From Candidatus Multivorans sp. (GTDB lineage Bacteria; Acidobacteriota; Thermoanaerobaculia; Multivoradales; Multivoraceae), in NCBI GenBank assembly GCA_965224025.1, contig OZ245033.1, positions 288,001 to 352,000 on the forward strand: DNA of 64,000 nt, written 5' to 3'. Of this stretch, positions 26,744 to 37,256 are shown piece after piece. Made by a program: the position numbers and the translations under genes. The first letter of the stretch is position 1. The number at the start of each line of letters is the position of its first letter. The notes below the pieces were generated by a model that saw only the letters and a list, made by a program, of their open reading frames with translations, searched no databases and was not told where the DNA came from.

Positions 26744-28315
26744 CTAAGGGCTCGGGGCCGACACACTCTTCGTCAAAGTAAGGTGATTCCAGGCGCCCTG
26801 CCGAGAGTACTCGACGTGATCCGCAAACTCGAGCACCAACTGGACGCCGACGCCGCCACCCTCGACACGATCCGCGAGAAACGCCTCCAGGTCTGCCTCC
26901 AGCGATCGGGCGAGAGGATCGAACTCCCGGCCGTCGTCGAAAATGTGAACAACGAGCGTCCGGGTGGCCTCCTTGAACACAAGGTCGACATGGATCTCGT
27001 GTTCCGCCGCGTCGTTGAATCCATAGTTGATGGTATTCATCACCCACTCTTCCAGAGCCAATTGGATCTGGAACAGGGGCCTGTCAGCGCACCTGTGGCC
27101 TGCCGCGAAGGTACTTAGGTCACTTGCCAGACGTTCGAGCTCGGAACTGTCGTTCTTCAGTACAAGGCACAGAGCCTCCGTCGAACCGTCTCCTTCGACT
27201 TTCACCGGCGCGTGGACCCGCACCGGCGGTGGAGGCGCACCACTGACGATTCCCCTCAATTCGGCCACATCAATGACCGTCCTCACAGAGTGCATCGCGC
27301 TCTTCGGCGGCCAGGACTCTTCGGGGTCATTCAGGATGACTTGCTTTATCTGCTTGAAGAGATCGGCGACCAGCGGCGTACTCCTGATCGCGCCGAAGGC
27401 CGACTCCTTCTCCCGCAGCATCATGTGACGGTAGAGCGTCATGTACGACACGGCGCCATCGCCGGCCAGATCGAAAACGTCCATGAGCGTATCGGCCCCG
27501 TCCGGCGGCAGATTCGCCGTGCGCTGCAGTTCCGCAAGCACTTCAGGACCGATGGAGTTCTCATCCAGGTCCTCCTCGATCCGGTGAAGCGCTCCCAGGA
27601 TGGCGTAGTAGTCCGGCCGCGGCGGCTGCGTGAAACTCCAGAGAGGTCTTACTGGATTCTTAAGGTAGTGGGGTTCACCCGGCTTGTGCTCACGGCCCAG
27701 GATGGCGTTGCGATGGGGAAAACGCCCGTAAACCATCAAGGCGTCCGAATGCTCGATAAAGGCCTTGATGAAGTACCAACCGATGTATTGGTTGATTTTG
27801 CGGCGGCCCGACGAAACGCCGGCCACCAGCTCCTCGCTCCACCGAACGGATTCTCTGACACACATCTCCTGCAACTCGAGCTCCTCGGGATGCGAAAGCG
27901 GCAAGAACGCCCAGAAACGCTCGATGCTGTTGTACTCGCTCGAGTACCAATGCGAGGCGCATAGATGCTCGGCCAGGCGCCCCGTGATGGAGTCAGTCGC
28001 ATAGGCCGCAGGCGTGCCCCGGTAAACGCTGCGCGGGAACTGGTCGAGCACGATGAGCTTCGCCAACATGCCCTTGGGGGTCTCCCACACCGGATCGAAG
28101 AAGAACCTGTCGATGCCTTCTCGATGGATCTGCTCGCACCAGTCACGCTGTGCGTTGAAGAATCCCCTATCCTCCGCGCTACGGGCGAATGGACCGACCC
28201 TCCACTTCAACATCCGGTCGCGCCAACTGTCCCGGCTGGCGGCAGCTTCAGAGCGCAGCGGCCCCAACCAGAAGTCAAGAACCGCTTCGGGCGTCCTTGC
28301 CTGTATCGTCGTCAA
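26744..28315 (-). CDS. DUF924 protein fused to an RsbW-like HATPase (anti-sigma/Ser kinase) domain
   Basis: VLDFW..IVLDQFPRSVYRG..LPLSHPE..GRFPHRNAILGR; C-terminal LALEEWVMNTINYG..DDGREFDP..GGVGVQLV. Confidence 0.8.
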   Translation of the reverse strand: MTTIQARTPEAVLDFWLGPLRSEAAASRDSWRDRMLKWRVGPFARSAEDRGFFNAQRDWCEQIHREGIDRFFFDPVWETPKGMLAKLIVLDQFPRSVYRGTPAAYATDSITGRLAEHLCASHWYSSEYNSIERFWAFLPLSHPEELELQEMCVRESVRWSEELVAGVSSGRRKINQYIGWYFIKAFIEHSDALMVYGRFPHRNAILGREHKPGEPHYLKNPVRPLWSFTQPPRPDYYAILGALHRIEEDLDENSIGPEVLAELQRTANLPPDGADTLMDVFDLAGDGAVSYMTLYRHMMLREKESAFGAIRSTPLVADLFKQIKQVILNDPEESWPPKSAMHSVRTVIDVAELRGIVSGAPPPPVRVHAPVKVEGDGSTEALCLVLKNDSSELERLASDLSTFAAGHRCADRPLFQIQLALEEWVMNTINYGFNDAAEHEIHVDLVFKEATRTLVVHIFDDGREFDPLARSLEADLEAFLADRVEGGGVGVQLVLEFADHVEYSRQGAWNHLTLTKSVSAPSP

Positions 28316-28472
28316 CGGTGCTCGCGGCGCATCAAGGTTCCAGTACCGGCGGATGACGCTAGCCTTGACTCAAACCGGGCACAATCGCAATTTTACGGGG
28401 CCACCTGCAGATCGGCCTGGCCATTCCCCACCCCCGACGAAGGCACACCGATCGCTTCCTGAAGCTGACGCC

Positions 28473-29471
28473 ATGACCCACCGATCGACATCCGCGCTCT
28501 CCAAGGCGCTCCACCACATGGTCGAGCTCTGCTCGCGCAAGCCGATGGCAGAGCAGGTCGACATGTTGGGCAGAAAGGTGATCGTCACCGGCGCGACGCC
28601 CGCGTCGATCGGTTACGAGGTCGCGAAGACGCTGGCCGCCTGGGGCGCCGATGTCGCGGTTACCTGCCCGCGCGACAGCACCGCCGCGAAGGAGGCCCTG
28701 CTGCGGGACCTGCGGGAAGCCGGACACCGCCCGAACGGAATCGAGGCCCACGGCCTGGATCTAGCCGACGCCCGAAGCGTCGCGGAATTCGCCGCCTGGT
28801 ACCGGGAGAAGTCCGGCGGCCGCCTGGACGTGCTGATCAACAACGCCGGCATCCTCCGGGATGTGCTCTGGCGCTGGCGCGAGCGCAGGGTCTCCGCCGA
28901 CGGGTTCGAGATCCACTGGCGGACAAACTACCTCGGCACGTTCCACCTGACGCGCCTCCTGCTGCCGATGCTTCGCGGGTCCGGCCGGCAGAGCGGCGAC
29001 GCGCGGGTGATCAACGTCTCCTCGCACCAGCACGACAAGGGCAGCAACGACCGCCTCTTCGGGGATTCCGGCAGGTTGGACTCCTGGACCGCCTACGGCC
29101 AGTCCAAGCTGGCGCTGATCCACCACAGTTTCGAGTTGCACCGCCGCTACGCCGCGAACTACAACCTCCGAACCGCCGCCCTGCATCCGGGGTCGGCCTA
29201 CTCGAACATGACCTTCGGCTGGCAGGACGAACCCCGCTGGCTCAGACGGACAAAGCGTCTGGCCACCCCACTGGCGCCGCTGATTCTCCTGACCCCGGCC
29301 CAGGCCGCTCAGACCACGATCCACTGCGCGACCGATCCTCACCTGGAAGGCGGCCACTACTATGAGCGCTGCGCCAGGGCCGAGCCCATCCCTGACGCTC
29401 GGGACGAAGCAGCGTCACGACGCCTTTGGGAGGAATCGGACCGCTGGTTCCGGTCGCTCGGCCAGGAGTAG
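28473..29471 (+). CDS. SDR oxidoreductase (retinol dehydrogenase-like)
   Basis: VIVTGATPASIG, LINNAG, TNYLGTFHLT, YGQSK, LHPG. Confidence 0.85.
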   Translation: MTHRSTSALSKALHHMVELCSRKPMAEQVDMLGRKVIVTGATPASIGYEVAKTLAAWGADVAVTCPRDSTAAKEALLRDLREAGHRPNGIEAHGLDLADARSVAEFAAWYREKSGGRLDVLINNAGILRDVLWRWRERRVSADGFEIHWRTNYLGTFHLTRLLLPMLRGSGRQSGDARVINVSSHQHDKGSNDRLFGDSGRLDSWTAYGQSKLALIHHSFELHRRYAANYNLRTAALHPGSAYSNMTFGWQDEPRWLRRTKRLATPLAPLILLTPAQAAQTTIHCATDPHLEGGHYYERCARAEPIPDARDEAASRRLWEESDRWFRSLGQE

Positions 29472-29492
29472 ACACGACGAGGAGGCCCCCGG

Positions 29493-29942
29493 ATGTTCAA
29501 GCGCTCCATCGATTCGGAACCGGTAGAGATCGACGCTCCCATCGAGGTGGCCTGGGAGCTCCTGGTCGATCTCGACCGCTACCACGAGTGGAATCCCTTC
29601 GCCCGGACCTACACCAAGACCGATGTCCGCGTGGGCTCCCCCATCCACTTCGACGTCAAGCTGGACCGCTACAACCGGAAGCAGACCGAGCGCATCGCGA
29701 TCATCGAACCGCCGACCCGTCTGGCCTGGAGCACGAACGTCGCCCTCGGGCTCGTGAAGGCGCTGCGCGTACAGCGACTCGAGAAGCGAAGCGAGACGAG
29801 CTGCACCTACTTCAACACCGACGCCCTCGAAGGGCCACTGGCGCCGATGGCCCGGCTCCTGTTCGGCGGCGCCATGCACCGTGGCTTCGCAACCGTCGGC
29901 AGGGCGCTCAAGCAGACGGCGGAGGAACGGCACAGCCGCTAG
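29493..29942 (+). CDS. SRPBCC/polyketide cyclase-like lipid-binding protein
   Basis: VEIDAPIEVAWELLVDLDRYHEWNPF..ALKQTAE; GGAGG RBS. Confidence 0.85.
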   Translation: MFKRSIDSEPVEIDAPIEVAWELLVDLDRYHEWNPFARTYTKTDVRVGSPIHFDVKLDRYNRKQTERIAIIEPPTRLAWSTNVALGLVKALRVQRLEKRSETSCTYFNTDALEGPLAPMARLLFGGAMHRGFATVGRALKQTAEERHSR

Positions 29943-30052
29943 CGGCCCACGACGTCGCGGCGCGCCGGCGTCACCCGCCCGCGTTGGGTCCGGACTCGGC
30001 CGGGGCTGCAGCCTGCTTTCCCAGAGGCTTCGGACCAGTGCGATACTGCGGG

Positions 30053-32424
30053 ATGCGTGTCCCGCAGGACCGGAACGAAACCGAGTCTTCGACGAAGAAG
30101 GGGCTGAGCCGGCGAGGTCTGCTCGGACTGTTGGCGGCGGTCGTTTCGCTCCCGAAGCGGATTGGACGGGCCGGGGCAGCGCAGCAGGAAGCGGGTGGTC
30201 GCGGCGAAGGCAACCAAGTCGACCGGTGGCACCGAACACATGATCGGGTGTGGCTCGGGGAGTCGTTCTGGGCCAATCCGATGGAGGACTGGCTGGTTGT
30301 AGACGGTGCGGCGGAGGTGCAGACGTCGGGTGGCGACCGGAATGTGCACTTGATCACGCATCGACTGACGGGCGAGCAGGGGCGGTTTCGGATGTCGGTG
30401 CGCTGCCGGCGGGTGGAAGCTGGGGAGCGCGACGGAGGCGCAGGGTTCCGGATCGGAGTCCGCAACCTGATCGACGACCACCGCAGCAACTGCTTTGCCC
30501 GTGGCGTTGGGGTCGATGGCGGACTGGTCGATGGACGGCTGGTGCTGGGTGGAGCGGACGCAGAGGTAGTCGTCGGTGACGCGGTCGCAATGGAAGGCCT
30601 CACGTTGCTGCTCGAAGGGCGGACGGAAGGCGGCGACTGTCAACTCAGCCTGAAGGCGCGGAGCGCCTCCGGAGCCGAGTTGGGCAGCGTCACCCACACC
30701 CTTCCGGCAGCCGACATCGCAGGCAACGTCGCCATCGTCAGCAACTTCGACCGGGACATCCCGAAGGGTGAGGGCGCCCGCTACCGGTTCAGCGAGTGGA
30801 CGGCGGACGGGGATGCGTTCGCGGTCGAGGAGGACCGCCGGTTCGGGCCGATCCTGTGGTCGATGTACTCGATGAGCGACTCCCGCGGTGACGAAGGGTT
30901 CGTGGTCAAGTTGACGGCGCTGGTGCCGCCGCTGGGCGCCAACGACGACCGGCGGGTCGAGCTGCTGACGGAGCACGATGGGGAATGGCGGTCCCAAGGC
31001 TTCGCCGAGCTCGACCCGGACGCCTGGACGGCGACGTTCCGTCTCTCTAACTGGAACGAGCGAGAGGCCACGCCGTTCCGGGTCGTCTACCGGGAACGCC
31101 ACACCGACGGCGGCGAGACGGCGCACGAATGGCTCGGGTCGATCCGGGCCAATCCCGCCGGCCGGCCGCTGCGGCTGGCGGGTCTCACCTGCCAGAACGA
31201 CTACTCGTTCCCCTACGCGCCGATCGCCGACCACGTCCTTGAGCTCGATCCCGACCTGCTCTTCTTCTCCGGCGACCAGCTTTACGAGAACCACGGCGGC
31301 TACGGGCTGATCCGCGACCCGGCCGGACCGGCGATCCTCAACTACCTGCGCAAGTACTACCAGTTCGGCTGGGCGTTCCGCGAGGCGATGCGCGACCGGC
31401 CGACGCTGTGCATCCCGGACGACCACGACGTGTTCCAGGGCAACATCTGGGGTGAGAGCGGCAAGGCGATGGACACCGGCCGGGGCACGTCCTCGCTCGG
31501 CGGGTACCGGAACCGGCGCGGATGGTCAACGTGGTCCACCGCACGAACGCGTCGCACCACCCGGACCCGTTCGACCCGGCGCCGGTCGAGCAGGACATCA
31601 GCGTCTACTACGGCGACATGGTCTACGGCGGCGTGGGGTTCGCGATCCTCGCCGACCGGCAGTTCAAGAGCGGGCCTGAGCACGTGGACACCGGTCCCGG
31701 GCGGGCGGACCATGTGCTCGACGCCGACCTGGACACCTCGACTCTCGACCAGCCCGGCCTCGCCCTGCTCGGCGCGCGGCAGGAAGAGTTCCTGGAGCAG
31801 TGGGCCGGCGACTGGCGCGGCCACACGATGAAGGTGCTGCTCAGCCAGACCGTCTTCGCGGGCGTTGCCACCCATCACGGCGGCTACGACGACTACCTGA
31901 TCGCGGATCTCGACTGCGGCGGCTGGCCGCAGACTCCGCGCAACCGGCTCCTCCGCATTCTCAGGGAGGCGAAGTGCCTGCACGTCTGCGGCGACCAGCA
32001 TCTGCCTTCCCTCGTCCAGTACGGCGCCGACGCGCAGCGCGACGGCAGTTGGGCCTTCTGCACCCCCGCGATCAGCGCCGGCTACCCGCGCTGGTGGCGA
32101 CCCGGCGAAGTGGGCATGCCGCACCGGAACCGGCCGCGGCACGGGCTCGCCGACACCGGTGAGTTCCGCGACGGCCTGGGCAACCGGGTCTACGTCTACG
32201 CGGTCGGCAACCCCGAGGTCGGCACGGAGCCCGATCCCTACCGCCTCGCTCACCAGAAGAGCAGCGGCTTCGGCCTGGTAACGATCGACCCGGAGGCGAA
32301 GACCTACCGGATCGAGGCGTACCGATTCCTGGCCGCGGCCCGCAGCGGCGATGCGGCCCAGTTCCCGGGCTGGCCGGTTACCCTGCACCAGGACGAGAAC
32401 GCGGGCGAGAACCGGATCGGCTGA
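30053..32424 (+). pseudogene. Tat-exported PhoD-like (alkaline phosphatase D family) metallophosphatase with a single-base frameshift at ~31510 (may be a sequencing error)
   Basis: SRRGLL Tat motif; FSGDQLYE, PDDHDVFQGNIWG; continues in another frame as [27 protein letters not shown]. Confidence 0.8.
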
Positions 32425-32477
32425 CCGGACTCCGCCCCTATACTCAACCGAAACCAGCGAACCAGGGAGGGCTCACC

Positions 32478-33119
32478 ATGAAGCTGAGAGCATGCATACT
32501 GTTCACCGCCGTCGCCTTGCTGATCCTCGTCGCGCCCGTCTCCGCGCAGGACGGCGACATGAGCTTCTTCATCACCAGCACGGGTCCCGGCGACGGCGCC
32601 AACCTCGGCGGCCTGGAGGGCGCGGACATGCACTGCGCGGCGCTCGCCGAAGCGGCCGGCAGTTCGGGCAAGACTTGGCGCGCCTACCTCAGCACCGATG
32701 GCGAGGACGGAGTGAACGCCGGCGACCGGATCGGCTCGGGACCGTGGTTCAACGCGAAGGGCGCTGAGATCGCCCGCAACCTGGACGCGCTCCACTACTC
32801 GAACGTAGGCCTGACCAAGGAGACACAACTCACCGAGAAGGGCGACATGGTCAAGGGCCGGGGCGAGACTCCCAACGAGCACGACATCCTCACCGGGTCG
32901 AAGCTCGACGGCGCCCGCTTCACCGACGGCAACGACCACACCTGCGGCAACTGGACCAGCAACGACGAGGGCAGCGCCCAGGTCGGCCACCACGACCGCA
33001 CCGGCGGCGGCCCCGTCCCGTCGTCATGGAACTCGGCCCACGGTAGTCGCGGCTGCTCGCAGTCCAACCTCCAGGGCACGGGCGGCAACGGCTACTTCTA
33101 CTGCTTCGCGATCGACTAG
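32478..33119 (+). CDS. Secreted endostatin/C-type-lectin-like protein
   Basis: Signal peptide; ANLGGLEGADMHC..WRAYLS..GPWFNAKG..HDILTGS..TCGNWTS..FYCFA. Confidence 0.75.
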   Translation: MKLRACILFTAVALLILVAPVSAQDGDMSFFITSTGPGDGANLGGLEGADMHCAALAEAAGSSGKTWRAYLSTDGEDGVNAGDRIGSGPWFNAKGAEIARNLDALHYSNVGLTKETQLTEKGDMVKGRGETPNEHDILTGSKLDGARFTDGNDHTCGNWTSNDEGSAQVGHHDRTGGGPVPSSWNSAHGSRGCSQSNLQGTGGNGYFYCFAID

Positions 33120-33201
33120 CGGATCGACCAAGGAGATTGCGCGGCAGAAACTGAGTGCGCCGGCGCGAAGCGTCGGCCTCCGGGAGTGCCGCGCCAGGAC
33201 A

Positions 33202-35520
33202 TTGCACAGCGCAGCAGGCTGCCTGCTCATCATCGGCGGCCTCTTTCTGGCCCAAGCCGCCGAGGCCCGCCAAGAGGCTCAGGCCGCCTCCCCGCCCGCT
33301 TCGCCCGGCACGCCGGCCCAGGTGGACACGCCGGCTGATCTCCCCTTCTCCTTCGACGGTCCACCTCCACCCGTGCCGCCCGCCGTGGTGAACCGGGACG
33401 ACTCGAGCAAGGCCACGGTCCGAGCCGTGCGCCTCGCCACGCCGCTCCGGATCGACGGCCGGCTCGACGAGGTCCTCTACGACACCGTGCCCCCGATCTC
33501 GGACTTCCTTCAGGTCGAACCCCGGCCGGGAGAGCCGGCCACCGACAGGACGGACGTCTGGATCACGTTCGACGAAACCACGGTCTTCGTGTCGCTCCGC
33601 TGCTGGCAGGACCCCGACCGGATCGCCGCCAACGACATGAGGCGGGACTCGTACAGCCGGGACGACTATGTCGATGTCGCTCTCGACACGTTCTTCGACG
33701 GCCGCAACGCCTCCGTCTTCACCATCTACGCCTCGGGCGGCCGCTTCGACGCGCAGATCACCGACGAGCGCCAGATGAACATGGACTGGAATCCCGTCTG
33801 GGATCTCCGAACGGGCAGGTTCGAGGGCGGCTGGACGGCCGAAGCCGCGATCCCGTTCAGATCGCTCCGGTACCGCCCCGGCCGCGCGCAGATCTGGGGC
33901 GTCAACCTGCAGCGCTACACGCAGTGGAAGAACGAGAGTTCGACCCTGAACCGCATCCCGGTCGGACTGGGCTCAATGGGCATCATGCAGATGTCGCTGG
34001 CCGGACCCCTGGTCGGACTGGAAGCGCCGCCGGCCTCGAGGAACCTGGAGATCAAGCCCTATCTGGTCGCCGACATGGTGAGCGACCGCCTGACAACCCC
34101 GGAGATTTCGGACGAGACGGACGCCGACATCGGCGTCGACATCAAGTACGGGCTCAGCCAGAACTTCACGGCCGACTTCACCTACAACACCGACTTCGCC
34201 CAGGTCGAAGCCGACCAGCAGCAGGTCGACCTGACGCGCTTCAGTCTCTTCTTCCCCGAGAAGCGCGACTTCTTCCTCGAGAACCAGGGGACCTTCGGCT
34301 TCGGCGGGGCCGGGGGCGGCGGATTCGGGGGGTCTTTCGACACGCCGTCCCTGTTCTACAGCCGGCGCATCGGCCTGCACGAGGGACGCGTCGTACCCAT
34401 CGAGGCCGGCGCCCGGCTGACCGGACGGACGGGCCGCTACACGCTCGGGATGCTGAACATCCAGTCGGAAGACGAACCGTTGTCCGGTGCAATGGCAACG
34501 AACTTCGGCGTGATGAGACTCAAGCGGGACATCCTGCGCCGGAGCAGCGTCGGCGTCATCTACACGCGACGCTCGATCGACCAGACCGGCGGGGGACGCA
34601 ACGAGGCCTACGGCGTCGACGGGACGTTCGCCTTCTTCGACCACCTCACGTTCAACACCTACTGGGCCGAAACGAGCACGCCCGGGCTCACGGACGACAA
34701 CGCCAGCTATCGCCTGGAGATGGACTACAACGGCGACCGCTACGGAGTCCAACTGGAGCGCTTGCGGGTCGGCAGCCACTTCAATCCCGGCATCGGATTC
34801 GTCCGCCGCCACGACATGCGCCGTTCCTTCGGCGAGTTTCGGTTCAGCCCTCGACCAGCCGACAGCAAGCTGGTGCGCAAGTACTCCTGGACCGGGTCGA
34901 TGGCCTACGTCGAGAACGGCGCCGGCCTGGTCGAGACGCGGGAGGCCGAGGGCGAGTTCGGCATCGAGTTCCACAGCGGGGATGAACTCGAACTGAAGGT
35001 CGTGCGGTCCTACGAGTTTCTCCCGTTTCCTTTCCCCATCGCCTCGGACATCACGCTCGGCGTCGGCGGTTACGAATTCGACTACGTGCAAGCCGAGTTG
35101 CAACTGGGCCAGCAGCGGCGGCTATCGGGCCAGTTCTTCCTCGAGTACGGCGACTTCTACAGCGGCCGCAAGACGTCCTTCGGCTGGGGCTGGGGGCTCG
35201 TGAATCTGACCTCGCAGTTCCTGCTCGAACCCAGCATCTCGTTCAACCGCGTGGAGTTGCCGGAGGGCGACTTCGACGTGGAGCTCATCGACCTGCGCGC
35301 CGTCTACACGGTGACCCCGCGCATGTTCGTGAGCGCGCTGTTTCAGTACGACTCCGAGAGCCGGGGACTGGCGGCGAACGTGCGGCTGCGCTGGGAGTAC
35401 CGGCCCGGCAGCGAGCTGTTCGTCGTCTACAACGAGCAGCGCGACACGCTGACGCAGGGCTTCCCGGGGCTCAACAACAGCGCCCTGATCGTCAAGGTGA
35501 CTCGCCTGTTCCAACTGTAG
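33202..35520 (+). CDS. CBM9-like plus DUF5916 outer-membrane protein (start uncertain)
   Basis: RIDGRLDE, GWTAEAAIPFRSLRY, NTDFAQVEAD, RFSLFFPEKRDFFLE, FYSRRIG, RLRWEYRPGSELFVVY. Confidence 0.85.
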   Translation: MHSAAGCLLIIGGLFLAQAAEARQEAQAASPPASPGTPAQVDTPADLPFSFDGPPPPVPPAVVNRDDSSKATVRAVRLATPLRIDGRLDEVLYDTVPPISDFLQVEPRPGEPATDRTDVWITFDETTVFVSLRCWQDPDRIAANDMRRDSYSRDDYVDVALDTFFDGRNASVFTIYASGGRFDAQITDERQMNMDWNPVWDLRTGRFEGGWTAEAAIPFRSLRYRPGRAQIWGVNLQRYTQWKNESSTLNRIPVGLGSMGIMQMSLAGPLVGLEAPPASRNLEIKPYLVADMVSDRLTTPEISDETDADIGVDIKYGLSQNFTADFTYNTDFAQVEADQQQVDLTRFSLFFPEKRDFFLENQGTFGFGGAGGGGFGGSFDTPSLFYSRRIGLHEGRVVPIEAGARLTGRTGRYTLGMLNIQSEDEPLSGAMATNFGVMRLKRDILRRSSVGVIYTRRSIDQTGGGRNEAYGVDGTFAFFDHLTFNTYWAETSTPGLTDDNASYRLEMDYNGDRYGVQLERLRVGSHFNPGIGFVRRHDMRRSFGEFRFSPRPADSKLVRKYSWTGSMAYVENGAGLVETREAEGEFGIEFHSGDELELKVVRSYEFLPFPFPIASDITLGVGGYEFDYVQAELQLGQQRRLSGQFFLEYGDFYSGRKTSFGWGWGLVNLTSQFLLEPSISFNRVELPEGDFDVELIDLRAVYTVTPRMFVSALFQYDSESRGLAANVRLRWEYRPGSELFVVYNEQRDTLTQGFPGLNNSALIVKVTRLFQL

Positions 35521-37122
35521 CTACTGCGACATCAGCACCGTCAGCCGATGAGGTTCCACCGGCGACGGATGGTGCATCAGCACGTCCTGCTTGCCGTCCC
35601 GGTTCAGATCAGCCAGCCAGGTGTACTCCTCGTCCTCGGGGACCGGGATCATGATCCGCTGAGGCTTCTTCGCGAACACGTCCGGCCCTGGTACGCCGAG
35701 GTGGACGTCGAGCCTCTTGCGGTTTCGGGCCACGAGCACGTCGGAGCGACCGTCCCCGTTCAGGTCCCCCAGCCGGACGGCCGGCCAGAAGGCCCTCTCC
35801 CCGGTCTTCCTGGGCGTCCTGGGCCTGATCTCGCGTACCGCGTTCGGGCGGTCGCCGTAGCGGCCGTCCTCCATGCGGAAGAACTCGAGGTCGAACGACC
35901 CGGCACCCGTCAGAATCGACATGACGAGCACCCGGATGGCAGAGAAGACCGTCGGCTCGAAAGCGGTCACCACCACGTCGACGTGGCCGTCCCGGTCGAA
36001 GTCATGTCGATCGATTCCCGAGATGATGCCCTCGGACTCGACCGCGGCGCCCGGCTCGCGTGAGAACTCCACACTTCCACCGGGGCCGGGGGCGCCGAAG
36101 TACAGCTCGTACGAGGAGTGCATTTTCCACAGGCTCGAGCCCTTGAGCGAGAACACGACGAGGTCGGTCACACCGTCGCCGTTCATGTCGGTCAGGGAGT
36201 GCAGCACTCTGCCCGTGCTTTCTCCCTCGGGCATGTGGTCCATGCGCCGACTGCGGATTCCCCCCGGCGCGGCGAGCGAGGCGATCTGGTCGGAGTCGAA
36301 GGGAATCGCGGTCGTGAACGTCGTGCTGGCCTTCGCGGGGAACAGACCGCCCTCGTCCTGTAGATGGACCGCGAAGTGGTCCTGGTTCCAGAACACGAGA
36401 TCGGTCCGCCCGTCCAGGTCGTAGTCCATGTCGTGAACACGGCCACCCTCTTCCCAGGGCCGGTAGCGGTAGCCGTCGGCGCCGTAGACCCGGTCGAGCC
36501 CGGTTGTTGGCCCTACCGTCACCGGATCGGCGAACCGCCCGCCCGGCATCTGGACCAGCACCTGGAAGCCGTGGCCCTGCACCAGCACGAGGTCGTCGCG
36601 GCCGTCTCCGTTCACGTCGCGTGTCATGTCTATGTGGAGAACTTCGCCCCTCTCGGACGCCCTGAAGTCGGACTTCACCGCAACCAGATCCCGTTCCGTA
36701 GCCGACTCCGGATCGAACCAGGTCAACCGGCCGCCTCCGTAGGCGATCAACCGGTCCCGGCCATCGATGCCCGCAACGTCGACCAAGGACACTTCCGGGC
36801 GCAGCGTGGCTTCGGTTGCCGTCGACCAGTTGCCCTCGGCAAACGAGAGAACGCGCAGGCGGCGGTATCCGTCACCGTCCAGGTGCACGGCGGCGAGGTC
36901 CGCGACCGACCGGCCCGTCAGGAACCCCGTCAGAACGGTCACGCGTTCCGCGACGCCCACGACGACCTCGTGGCGGGTGGGTGCGAACGCCGCGGGTGGC
37001 TCGGAACTCGCGTGGACGGCAACCGGCATCATGCACCCTGACAGGCACACCCGAACCGCCAGCAGGCTGATCCGGGTCGGCCGGTACCGGCTCCCGTCGC
37101 GGACTGTCGATCGTCTCTTCAT
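35521..37122 (-). CDS. FG-GAP/VCBS-repeat secreted protein, paralog 1
   Basis: Multiple D-x-N/D-G-D-G-x-x-D motifs (DVNGDGRDDL, DMNGDGVTDL, DLNRDGKQD). Confidence 0.85.
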   Translation of the reverse strand: MKRRSTVRDGSRYRPTRISLLAVRVCLSGCMMPVAVHASSEPPAAFAPTRHEVVVGVAERVTVLTGFLTGRSVADLAAVHLDGDGYRRLRVLSFAEGNWSTATEATLRPEVSLVDVAGIDGRDRLIAYGGGRLTWFDPESATERDLVAVKSDFRASERGEVLHIDMTRDVNGDGRDDLVLVQGHGFQVLVQMPGGRFADPVTVGPTTGLDRVYGADGYRYRPWEEGGRVHDMDYDLDGRTDLVFWNQDHFAVHLQDEGGLFPAKASTTFTTAIPFDSDQIASLAAPGGIRSRRMDHMPEGESTGRVLHSLTDMNGDGVTDLVVFSLKGSSLWKMHSSYELYFGAPGPGGSVEFSREPGAAVESEGIISGIDRHDFDRDGHVDVVVTAFEPTVFSAIRVLVMSILTGAGSFDLEFFRMEDGRYGDRPNAVREIRPRTPRKTGERAFWPAVRLGDLNGDGRSDVLVARNRKRLDVHLGVPGPDVFAKKPQRIMIPVPEDEEYTWLADLNRDGKQDVLMHHPSPVEPHRLTVLMSQ

Positions 37123-37147
37123 CGTGGTTCTCCTTGCCTTCGGGGCA

Positions 37148-37191
37148 TGTTGACCACGTCAACATGCAGCCTCTTGTTGACGTTGTCAACA
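37148..37191 (-). promoter_or_regulatory. Twin TGTTGAC-N3-GTCAACA operators over promoter TTGACA-N17-CATGTT
   Basis: Palindromes at 37148-37164 and 37175-37191, between FG-GAP1 and the divergent TetR. Confidence 0.8.
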
Positions 37192-37256
37192 CCGAATCGT
37201 CCCGCCGCGAGAAACCGAGCACCAGCGGTCGCGATCCGCTCTTGCCATAATCGGCC

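Noticed and set aside
29426-30052. N-terminal extension of the 801-aa ORF
   Set aside because: It overlaps the SRPBCC gene out of frame; the Tat signal indicates a start at 30053
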